From NCBI GenBank assembly GCA_013239625.1, contig MU054098.1, positions 1,284,042 through 1,348,041 on the forward strand: 64,000 bases of DNA. Reading direction: 5' to 3'. Shown in pieces: positions 1-10,272 of the stretch; the first letter of the stretch is position 1; the number at the start of each line of letters is the position of its first letter. A model generated the notes under the pieces. That model ran no database searches, had not been told where the DNA came from, and worked only from the letters and a program-made list of their open reading frames with translations. This DNA comes from Lama guanicoe (taxonomy: Eukaryota). A program made the translations under genes and the position numbers.

Positions 1-415
1 CAACATGGATGCTCCTGGAGAATGTCATTCTAAGTGAAATAAGCCAGAAAGAGAAAGAAAAATACCATATGAGATCGCTCATATGTGGAATCTAAAAAAC
101 AAAAACAAAAACAAAGCATAAATATAGGACAGAAATAGGCTCACAGACAGAGAATACAGACTTGTGGGTGCCAGGGGGGTGGAGGGTGGGAAGGGATAGG
201 CTGGAATTTCAAAATTGTAGCATAGATAAACAAGATTACACTGTATAGCACAGGGAAATATACACAAAATGTTATGATAACTCACAGAGAAAAAAATATG
301 ACAATGAATGTGTATATGTCCATGAGACTGAAAAATTGTGCTGAACACTGGAATTTGACACAACATTGTAAAATGATTATAAATCAATAAAAAATGTTAA
401 AAAATAAAATAAAAG
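1..415 (+). mobile_element. LINE-1 3' end (ORF2 C-terminus, 3'UTR, A-tail), young camelid-type; continues beyond window start
   Basis: caacatggatgctcctggagaatgtcattctaagtgaa (L1 ORF2 end, TWM.LE.VILSE), G-rich tract at 172-190, aataaa and A-rich tail at 385-415. Confidence 0.9.
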
Positions 416-859
416 TATTAATTTTACTTTTTAAAGTCTTTTTTCTAATGTTAATTTTTTCAATGACATGGCTTTTGAAAAGGTCTTGTAGGTTTCAGCT
501 CATTATTTCATGTATTTTTTTCGTAGTAGAGGTGAAAAGGAAGGAAACAGTATGTCAAAGTTTAAAAGCAGCTAAAACAGCCTTATTCCATCAAACTTAA
601 GCCATTGAGGCAGTATGAGGGCTGCTGTCTATTTGCAATGGCGTGCCTCTGTGTTGAAAATTGGATTTTGGTTTCCAAAATGAAAACTGTGTTCTAGTTT
701 CACACTAACTAAAGAGGAAAATGGCCACCTGGGGTCAGGATATCAGATTGATGACAGGAATGAGAAAAAAGTATGTTCTAAGTGAAACACTACATGTACA
801 TAAAGAATTTATAAATGTCATGACTTAAAAGTATTCTATCCATTATAAATTATAGTTAT

Positions 860-1336
860 ATTGAACTGGGAAACATTTTTACTAAGTGAATATTTTCTTA
901 TGCCATCAAGTCTACGCTCCATATTTTGACATTATTTACCTATATGGCTGTTGTTCACTGTTTAACATTATTTTATATTTGATTTCAGAGTTTATTAATT
1001 TCTTCTGCTATTTTGGTGCATTTTATTATTCTTTTACTAGTTTTTGAATTCAATACTTAGTTCATAGTGTTCAATCTTTGTTTTAAATAATTTAAGTAGT
1101 AAGACTAAATACTATTCTCTGATTTCAACTGACTATGTATGCCACAGACTGATATGAAGTATTCCTATTTTTATCATTTTGTACATAATTTATCATTTAC
1201 ATTTTATTTTTTATCTTGATTCAGGGCTTATTTAACAAGGTGTTTAAAGCTTGGAAGTATGTCGTCTTCTTAGTGATTTCTAAATTCATTAAATCGTGGG
1301 CAAGAGAATGAACAACACAATCCCTAGTCTGTGAAA
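860..1336 (-). mobile_element. Ancient L1 (L1M/L1ME-like) ORF2 fragment, interrupted by Tigger1
   Basis: T-rich antisense-ORF2-like sequence that appears to resume after 5051; heavily diverged. Confidence 0.5.
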
Positions 1337-1338
1337 TA

Positions 1339-1676
1339 CAAGCATACCTAGGAGATATTGCAGGTTTGGTTCCAGACCAGTACAGTGAAGTGACCATTGC
1401 AATAAAGTCACATGAATTTTTTGGTGTCTCAGTGCATATGAAAGTTATATTTGTACTACACTGTAGTCTATTAAGTGTGCAATAATAGCATTTATGTCCA
1501 AAAAACAATGTACATATCTTAATTTAAAAATACTTTATTGCTAAAAAAACAATGCTAACAATCATCTGAGCCCTCAACAAGTCATAATTGTTTAGCTGGT
1601 GGAGGATCCTGCCTCAGTGTTGATGGCTGCTGCATGATGTTGCTGAAGAATGGAGTGTCTGTGGCAATCTTTTTAA
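1339..1676 (-). mobile_element. Tigger1 (TcMar-Tigger) 3' terminal segment
   Basis: TA at 1337-1338, then caagcatacctaggagatattgcaggtttggttccagacc..., matching the Tigger1 TIR and subterminal sequence. Confidence 0.9.
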
Positions 1677-1679
1677 AAG

Positions 1680-2072
1680 TCTTTTTGCAGCTTTATTGAG
1701 GCATAACTAATGAAAATTGTGTATATTTAAGGCGTACAAAGTGATGGTATATATAAATACACACTGTGAAAAGATCACTAGTCAAGCGAATTAGCATTCA
1801 TTACCTCACATACTTATTTTTCTTCTTTTCATTCTCTCACCCCATTCCCTATGACAAATAGCTGTTAGTTCATTATATCCAGGAGTCCATTTCTGTTTTA
1901 TCTTTGTTCATTAATTGTTTTTTAGATTCCACATTTCAGTGAAATCACATGGTATTTGTCAGTCTCTGACTTATGTCACTTAGCCAAATACACTGTATCT
2001 CCATCCATGTTGTTGCAAATGTCAAGATTTCCTTTTATTTACTGCTGAGCAATATTCCCCCCTCTCTTTCTT

Positions 2073-2136
<64 letters not shown>

Positions 2137-2340
2137 CACACACACACATACAAATACACATACTATATACACACATCTGTTGACAAGACACTTCAGTTGC
2201 TTCCATATCTTGGCTATTGCAAATAATTCTGCAGTGAACATAAGGATGCACATATCTTTGAATTAGCATTTTGCTGTTTCTTCAGCAAAATACCCAGAAG
2301 AGAAACTGCTAGATCACTTGGTAGTTCTATTTTTAGGATT
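1680..2340 (-). mobile_element. L1 3' end (L1MA-like) nested in Tigger1
   Basis: ctttattgaggcataac... antisense 3'UTR; ORF 2035..2253 contains MFTAELFAIAKIWKQLKC (ORF2 C-terminal motif). Confidence 0.85.
2062..2175. repeat. Compound microsatellite (CT)n(AT)n(AC)n
   Basis: Read directly from sequence. Confidence 0.95.
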
Positions 2341-2344
2341 TAAA

Positions 2345-3270
2345 ATTTTTTTAGTCTCCATTTATGCTCTGAATGTTATTTCTTTCCTTCTATTAAATTT
2401 GGATTTTGTTTGCTGTTTTCTAGTTCATTTTGGTGTGAGCTTAGGTGTTTGAGATTTTCATTGTTTCCTTAGGTAAGCTTGTATCTCTATGAACTTCCCT
2501 TTCAGAACTGCTTTTGCTGTGTCCCATACATTTTGGATCATTGTGTTTCTGTTTCTCCTTGTCTCTAGGTACTTTCTGATTTCCTCAGTGACTCAGTGAT
2601 TGTTTAGTAATATACTGTTTAGCCTCCATGTATTTGTGTTTTTCACAGTTAACTTCTCATAGTTGATTTCTAGTCTCATACTACTGTGTTCTGAAAAGAA
2701 GCTTCATATGATTTCAGTCTTCTTAAATTTACTGAGACTTGTTATCTGGCCCACCAGGCGATCTATCCCAGAGAATTTTCCACATGCACTTGAAAAGAAT
2801 GTGTACTCTGCTGCTTTGGGGTAGAATGTTCAATATATATTTATTAAATCCATCTGGTCTAAGGTGTAATCTAAGGCCAGTGTTTTCCTGATTGATTTTT
2901 CAACCTGGATCATCTGTTCATTGATGTAAGTGGGCTGGCAAAGTCACCTACTATTATTGTGTTACTGTCAATGTCTCCCTTTATGTTTGTTAATATTTCC
3001 TATTATGTAGTTAAGTGATCCTAAGTTGTGTGCATAGATATTTACAAGTGTTATATCTTCTTGTTGCATTAATCTCTTCATCATTATGCAATTCCCTCCC
3101 TTATCTCTTATTACAATCATTATTTTAAAGTCTGTATTATGTAAGTATTGCTACCCAGCTTTCATTTTATTTCCATTTGCATGGAATTCCTTTATCCATC
3201 CCTTCACTTTCTGTCTGTGTGTCTTTAGATCTGAAGTGCGTTTCCTGTAGGCAGTATATACACAGACTTT
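2345..3270 (-). mobile_element. L1 ORF2 endonuclease-region fragment
   Basis: Antisense ORF2 hallmarks: agaactgcttttgctgtgtcccata; ctgaagtgcgtttcctgtaggcag (CLQETHF). Confidence 0.85.
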
Positions 3271-3274
3271 GATT

Positions 3275-4730
3275 TTGTTAATGAAGTATAGTTAATTTAC
3301 TATGTTGTGTTAATTTCAGGTGTACAGCAAAATGATTCAGTTATACATATATATAGTATATATATAATATACATAATTATATATATAACTTAATTTATAT
3401 ATATATATATAAAAAATTCTTTTTCAAGTTCTTTTCCATTATAGGTTATTATAAGATACTGAGTATAGTTCCCTATGCTATATAGTAGGTCCTTGTTGTT
3501 TATCTATTTTATATATAGTACTGTGTATATGTTAATATCACTTAATTTATCCCTCCCATCCCACTTTCCCCTTTGGTCACTGTAAGTTTCTTTTCTATGT
3601 CTGTGAGTTTGTCTCTATTTTGTAAATAAGTTCATTTGTATCATTTTTTTAGATTCCATGTAAGTGGATGTCATGTGATACTTGTCTTTGTCTGACTTCA
3701 CTTAACATGAAAAATTCTACATATATCCATGTGGATGCAAATGGCATTATTTTATTCTTTTTATAGCTGAATAACATTCCTGTGGGGGGGACACACTTAT
3801 AACCACTTACTGAAGAGACTGTCTTTTCTCCATCCTATATTTTTGCTCCTTTGCCATAGATTAATTGACCATAGGTGCATGAGTTTATTTCTGGGCTCCG
3901 TATTCTGTGCCATTGATCTATGAGTCTGTTTTTGTGTGTGTATGCCAGTACCATATGTTGCGATTAGTGTAGCTTTGCAGTATAGTCTGAAATCAGGGAA
4001 CATGATTCCTCCAGCTTCATTCTTCTTTCTCAAGACTGTTTTTGCTATTCAGGGTCTTTTGTGTTTCCATACAAATTTTTAAAAATTTTTGTTTTGTTTG
4101 GTGAAAAATGCCATTGGTAATTTAAGAGAGATTGCATTGAACCTGTAGATTTCCTTGGGAAGTATGGTCATTTTAATAATATTGATTCTTCCAATCTAAG
4201 AATATGGTTTCTCATTCCATCCATTTGTATCATCTTCAGTTTCTTTTATCAGTGTCTTATAGTTTTTGGAGTACAGGTCTTTTGCCTCCTTACAGAGGTT
4301 TATTCCTAGTTATTCCATTCCTTTAGATGCAATGATAAATGGAGTTGTTTCCTTAATTTCTCTTTCTGATATACCATTGTTAGTGTATAGAAATGCAACA
4401 GATTTCTGTATATTAATTTTGTATCCTGAAACTTTATGAGATTCATTGATGAGCTCTATTAGTTTTCTGATACTTTAGAATTTCATGTGTATAATATCAT
4501 GTCATCTGCAAACAATGACAGTTTTACTTCTTTTCCAATTTGGATTGCTTTTATTTCTATTTCTTTTTCTTTCTCTGATTTCTATGGCTAGGACTTCCAA
4601 AACTATATTGAATAAAAGTGGCAAGAGTGATCATCCTTGTCTTGTTCTTGATCTAAGAGGAAATGCTTTCAGTTTTTCACCACTGAGTATGATGTTACCT
4701 GTGGGTCTGTCATATATGACCTTCATTATG
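3275..4730 (-). mobile_element. Artiodactyl-type L1: 3'UTR plus ORF2 fragment, internal deletion near 3790
   Basis: gaagtatagttaatttac...gtgtacagcaaaatgattcag 3' end; ORF 3797..4033 KKNEAGGIMFPDFRLY; collinear with the 10273-12363 copy except for about 0.85 kb missing. Confidence 0.9.
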
Positions 4731-5049
4731 CACACATTTATCAATTAAGTTTGCTGTCTTATATGGGTGCAGTTTGTGGGGCCCCAAAACAAATTCAATA
4801 GTGGCAATAAAGATCAATGATCATAGATCCCCTTAACAAATATAATAATAATGAAAAACTTTGAAATATTTTGATAATTACCAAAATGTGACAGAGACAT
4901 GAAATGAGCAAATGCTGTTGGAAAAATGGTACCAACAGACTTGATCAATGCAGGGTTGCCACAAATCTGTTTAAAAAAAAATCAAATCTATCTATCAATC
5001 TATCTACAAAGTACATTAAAGCAAAGTGAAATAAAATGAGGTATACCTG
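4731..5049 (-). mobile_element. Tigger1 5' terminal segment
   Basis: ...gggttgccacaaatc...ataaaatgaggtatacctg then TA at 5050-5051; inverted repeat of the 1339 end. Confidence 0.9.
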
Positions 5050-5256
5050 TAGTTGTTTGGAATAATTTACTATTTTTATTATTTTATTTATTTTAATTAT
5101 TATTATTAACATCTTTGTGGCCAAATGAATGATCAATTTCTTTTTTACATACCATGGTTATCTGTATTCTCTATTTGTAAAGTTCAACGTTTTATATCAA
5201 GCTTATTGGGGTTACTATACAAATTACGTATATTTTCCTTTTTAATTAAAAAAATT

Positions 5257-5698
5257 TGTCTCCTGCCTTTAGGTACCTTCAGCTCCATGGTGGTCCTGTT
5301 CTTCCAGGAGCACTGCCTGGATGTTGGGCAGGACACTTCCCTTTGCAGTCTATATGCCGCCCAACGGTTTGTTGAGGTGCTTGTCTTTGTGGATGGTCAG
5401 CTGCAGGTGGCAGGCAGGCGGGGGGTGTGGGGAGCAGTGGTGGTGATCCAAGTCTTCTTGTCACCGGCTGCACTGCCTGACAGCTCCAGGATCTCTGCAA
5501 TGAGGTGCTCAAGCATCACGGCCAGTGCGCCGACGCCTACCTGGAACTGGAGTCTGGTGAGCGACTAGTGCCAAGCCCTGCCGCGGGCGTGCTGCTAGTC
5601 TTGATGTGGCCTGACTTGCCGCCTGAGGTAGGGGAGCAGTGTAGAGGATGCTTCTTCCTAGGGCCAATGAACAGCCTCCTGCCGCAGTCCAATTGCTC
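5257..5698 (-). pseudogene. H2AX: Histone H2AX retro-pseudogene (5'UTR plus degraded CDS, 3'-truncated)
   Basis: Minus strand reads AEILEL, HLQL, LNKPLGG, VLPNIQAVLL. H2AX-like positions: N-terminal K-T, LGG, tail acc acc atg gag ctg aag gta cct (~SATVGPKAP). 5' end agcaattggactgcggcaggaggctgttc resembles the H2AX 5'UTR as I recall it. Start codon is AAG (5617-5615); frameshifts, a deletion and an insertion are present. Confidence 0.88.
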
Positions 5699-5699
5699 A

Positions 5700-6250
5700 A
5701 TTTTCTTTATTTTTTAATCTACTTAGTATATCAAATATTATAAGATATATACTAATATCTACTATAACTGCAGTTTGATCCATTTCTCTTTGCATACTAC
5801 ATGGTTTTCTACTACTTTGCATTTGGTTGCTGTATTTTTTCATGTTAAAATGTCTGTAACTATTAAATTCTCTTTATTACTCTTGTTACAGACTTATTAA
5901 CAATGCCTCAGAAATGTTTCCCATTGGAATGTAAAACTATGTAGTCACATTAATTATACTATAATCATTCCATCCTTCATCTTATTTGGTGCGTTATCAC
6001 TGACATTAATACTGCCAGCCTTACTCTTTTATTGTTTGTATTTGCTTATCTCTTTGCCTGTTTACTTTCACCCTTTTGGGTCACTTTATGAGATTTTCTG
6101 GTAGAAAGTACTTTTTACACAATCTGAGGATTTTTTTTTCTTTCGCTATGGCAATTTAGCATTATTAACATTCAAGTTAACAGATGAGATTTTCTTATAC
6201 ATTATTTTTACTGTTTCTTACATTTTGTAGATTATTTTCCCTTTGTTTAG
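5700..6250 (-). mobile_element. Ancient L1 ORF2 fragment (continuation)
   Basis: Diverged antisense ORF2-like sequence, e.g. tgacattaatactgccagccttactctttt. Confidence 0.45.
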
Positions 6251-6929
6251 GTTGGACTGATCAATATTTTTTTCAGTGCAGCCCCAGCACACCAATTGCC
6301 ATAATAATTTGGAAGTTCTATGAATCTTAAATGTTTACCTTCCAGTTTAGAGGGGACCTATGCCTGCTCACTGACTGCCTACAAATCCTTAGAGGGTAAG
6401 AAGAAGTTGCTGATGTCCAAATGTCTGGGTCTTTAATTAGCCTTGTAGTTAATAACAACAATGTCATAAAATCTACACATTCTTCTGAGTGACTCACAAT
6501 GTCAGCTGTATCTGAGCTCATCTGCGAGTCCCAACAATGAGACGGGGTCATTTCAGTGGTTAGCTGTCTAAGCGGTGACATAGGAGGGAAAGAGCACTCA
6601 AGCCTCTGTTTTCTTTCTTTGTTTTAATTTATACTGTATTGTCATATTCTTAGATATCCAGCACTAAAATTGTACACTTCAATTTCCCCAGGACCCAACT
6701 TCATAGAAAAACAGTGATTTCTTTTCAACTCTAAATGCTATGGAGGGATAGAATGTGGAATCAATTCTTTCATTTTCTTTGCTTTTTTAAAAATTGAACA
6801 AAACAATACGGTCACTCCTATCAATAAAACATTTTTATTCAGAATATCAAAATAATTTTATGTCTCTACATTTATATAATTCTATAAATGCTATAAAAAG
6901 TTTGTATATATTCATTATTTTAATTGCAT

Positions 6930-7040
6930 TCTCATAGTTACTCTTTGAGAAAAGAGTCATTATCTCTACAGTTGATAAAACTGAGGCTGAGTGATGTTAA
7001 ATGACTTGTCTAAGTTCATATAACTAGGAAGAGGCAGGTA
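6930..7040 (-). mobile_element. MIR SINE fragment
   Basis: tacagttgataaaactgaggctgagtgatgttaaatgacttgtctaag (antisense MIR core). Confidence 0.75.
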
Positions 7041-7344
7041 CTTTTCAAGCGCTGTTAGGCTAAAATTACTGCTTTTATTCTCTATACATATTATACCCTA
7101 AAATATAAATCCACCCACCTCTGATGTAAATCTTTACTGTTTATCACTCTCTCTCCCCTTCCCTTGTTTTTGAGGATTTGGAAAGAGAAACAGAATAAAG
7201 TTAAAAAAAAAAAAGAGTAATACTTGACTAGGATGGTTAAAGAGGAAGCAATCTGACTTGCAATCTCCCCCAAACATGACTGCTTGAAGTAAGTCTTTTG
7301 ATGTAACTTTCTGCAGGACACACATTATTTTCATACTAAGAAAC

Positions 7345-7430
7345 TATCATATATATGTGTGTGTGTATATATATCTATAGATAGATATATAGATATATCT
7401 ACATATATCTATAAATATATCTACATATAT
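7345..7430. repeat. TA/TG-rich simple repeat
   Basis: Read directly from sequence. Confidence 0.85.
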
Positions 7431-7849
7431 CCCACTTTACTCATTTCCCAATCATTTGTTTGTAATGTAGACATAGTCTGAATGTCAGCCAATTATTAAA
7501 AATGCCACTGCAGTCTCACAAGACCCTTTGTTTTCAGCTGATAAAGTTGTTTCTCCACAATTCATTGCCCTCCAGAATATTACATACATAGAAAGAACAA
7601 ACAAAGACAGGTTCACCAGAGTAAAAACCTAATAAAGTAGAGGATTTCAGAACAAAATAAAACTTCCAGAGAGGGAGTCGTAATCAAAAGTGAGCTCAGG
7701 TAGACTTGGGGAAATGACTAATTGACATGCGTTTGCTATGGTAAGTCCTGTCCTACATTTCAAGGTCAGGCTCAAGGTGATAGCTGCAACTACATGTTAC
7801 CCATAAAGTAGAACAAATACCTTGCATTTTTATGGTATTGGAACTCTTC

Positions 7850-8010
7850 ACAGCACATCCCCATCTGTTAACTTATTTGAGACTCACCACAACCCTCTGC
7901 ACAGGCCAACTAATAATTATGCTAATTTTACAGAGGCACAAAGAGGTAAAGTGATTTTTCCAAAGTTACATACTTTGAGCCAAGATTAAATGTTCAGTTT
8001 TTTCACTACA
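7850..8010 (-). mobile_element. MIR SINE
   Basis: ttttacagaggcacaaagaggtaaagtgatttttccaaagttaca. Confidence 0.7.
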
Positions 8011-8129
8011 CTGTTGTCTGTGATTATAAAAACTTTATATTCAATAATATAACCTTTTAATGTATACTGAGTTATTCAATATGTATGAAAATAACCAATA
8101 TGAAAATTTATATTGGTTTGTGAGCATTA

Positions 8130-8275
8130 TTTTAAAACACTTTATTGAGATATGATTGACATGTTCAAAGCATACATATTTAATATATACAACTTAATGA
8201 GTTTGGAGATAAGTGTATACCCTTGATATCACCACCATGATCAATGACATAACATATCCATCACCTCCAAAATGG
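8130..8275 (-). mobile_element. L1 (L1MB/MA-like) extreme 3' fragment
   Basis: ctttattgagatatgattgac...catatccatcacctccaaaa. Confidence 0.8.
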
Positions 8276-8688
8276 TTTGTGGCCGTTATTATTGGGGGAG
8301 GAGGTGGTGTCTGAAGTACTCTCTGGGAATTCTGTAGCTCAAATCCAGGCCTCTCTCAATATCTGACTCTAATTTGTTTATTAAAATATTTTGGAATATA
8401 AGTTTACTGATAGCAGAAGTCTATATTTCATTACTGCAGATAGGAAAGCTAATATTGCATTCAAAGCTCTTCTCAAAAATTCTAGTTTCCTCAAATATCA
8501 CTAAAACATTTTTAAGTGCCTAAATTACCATCCACCAAGGATTTCTGTGTCACATGCAGCAGTTAAAGTACCAAATACATAATCATTTAATACTGGATGA
8601 ACTCATTAGTGGGTGTGTTTTAGGTGTTATCCCATGATATTGAGCAGTATTCAACACAAATCATTGATTTCTTACTACACTGCAAAGA

Positions 8689-8730
8689 ACAGGTGCTATG
8701 AACAAGGGCACAGGTGCTATGAACAAGGGC
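8689..8730. repeat. Perfect 21-bp tandem duplication
   Basis: acaggtgctatgaacaagggc x2. Confidence 0.95.
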
Positions 8731-9039
8731 CAAGGAAACACTTGGACTGACAAAGGGTTAAACCCTCTAAGAACAGGTGGGGAAAATGACAATGATACTG
8801 TACAGCAAGTTAAAACAAGCAGAACACAGGACACAATGCTACCTGGACAACAGTTGAGATTCTGTTGTCATCTATTCTATATTCTCTGGACAGGACTTCT
8901 GTGCAAGGTAACCATTTTTGTTGGAGTGCTTTGAAGTCCTTATAGAAAGTTGACAATTTAGACAGTAAATTTTGAGTCAACATTTTTGGGAAAATGGCTG
9001 TAGCAAATTATTTGGATGGTGGGGCTTCAAATACTCAGT

Positions 9040-9200
9040 GTTACCTATACTGGAAGTATTATTTAACTGATCTGCTTTCCAAACCTGACAGTGAACGCCT
9101 TAAGGTAAGGGAATCTGTCTTACTCATCTTTGTGTTCCCAGAAACTAGTACAGATCCTGGCACAGTCCATTTGTAACCAGTGCATGTTGAATAGATTAAT
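9040..9200 (+). mobile_element. L2 3' end
   Basis: gtcttactcatctttgtgttcccagaaactagtacagatcctggcacag...tgttgaatagattaat. Confidence 0.75.
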
Positions 9201-10272
9201 TAGGGAAGAATGACCAAGGTTTTGCAGTGAATTCTGCACATGGCATGGCTTCGGTATCTTTTGTCAAACTATTATGCTGACTTATTTGAATGTGTTTTCC
9301 AATGCTTTTCTGTGTCAGCAGCGACAAGGCTGTTCTTAGTTAAAAATATGTAATTGATTAACTTATTAAATGTCATTCTCTTTCACTAACACTTAGTAGA
9401 GTATAACAATGTAGAATGAAATGGTTTATTGTATAGTATACAAAGCCAGTATTATTTACAATCTCTGTATCTCCAAGAAACTAATCTATCTCATGATTTA
9501 TAGAGTTTTATCTAATATTGTTAGAAAGATTATTTACTACAATGCATGAAGATCATGACAATTACTGAGTATGTGGTACTTTGCAGACACAGCTGTAATA
9601 GAAATTGATTAAGATTGGTTTGGAAGTGAAAATATTACCATTACCAATCTGGAAGCTAATTGGGGATATGATGCACAGATGTTGCCTCATAAAGAAATAT
9701 TTCCATTGGAAATACTTTAAAAAATTTTGTGGAATGATTTTAAATGACTTATGATGTATTTATAAATAACAGCAAATATAAATTTAGCTACTAATATTTT
9801 CTAAATATTATCTGAGTTATTTTGAGATATGTTGATCATTATGAATTTTAGAGATCTGATTTAAAGAGAAAATGTATATGATAATATGAACATCTAAAAA
9901 GACAATTATTTAGTCACTCCTAAAGATAACTACCGTTAATAATCAGGTTTTACACAAATCTAGACTAGAGCCATCAGCAACTTGACTTAGAGTTCCTTAT
10001 AGGAAACTATCATTAACCAATAAACAATATTTAGCATTTCTGTACTAATCAGCAATGCAAATTTGATACTATATGGTAGCAAATATGAACTTTCTAAAAT
10101 AAACGTGGTAATAATTAATGGTGCCATTTTCTAATGCTCTGAGGGAAATCCTTTTCTTTTAGGTAACAAGTTTGTCCTGACAGAAATAGCAGCAGCTTTT
10201 ATTTTGATATACCAAGCATATTTACAAATATTTTTACACATAAGCTTGCATTATCTCAATAATGTCAATTTT

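Noticed and set aside
1973..2269. ORFs with SLSLSL / ERERER tracts
   Set aside because: Translation of the (CT)n(AT)n(AC)n microsatellite inside an L1
5125..5717. Four overlapping ORFs (147, 77, 70, 63 aa) as novel genes
   Set aside because: Antisense or off-frame readings of the GC-rich H2AX pseudogene
7223..7310. Possible minus-strand exon (ctgcag|aaagtt...CAA|GTATTA)
   Set aside because: Weak pyrimidine tract and weak donor; no recognisable peptide
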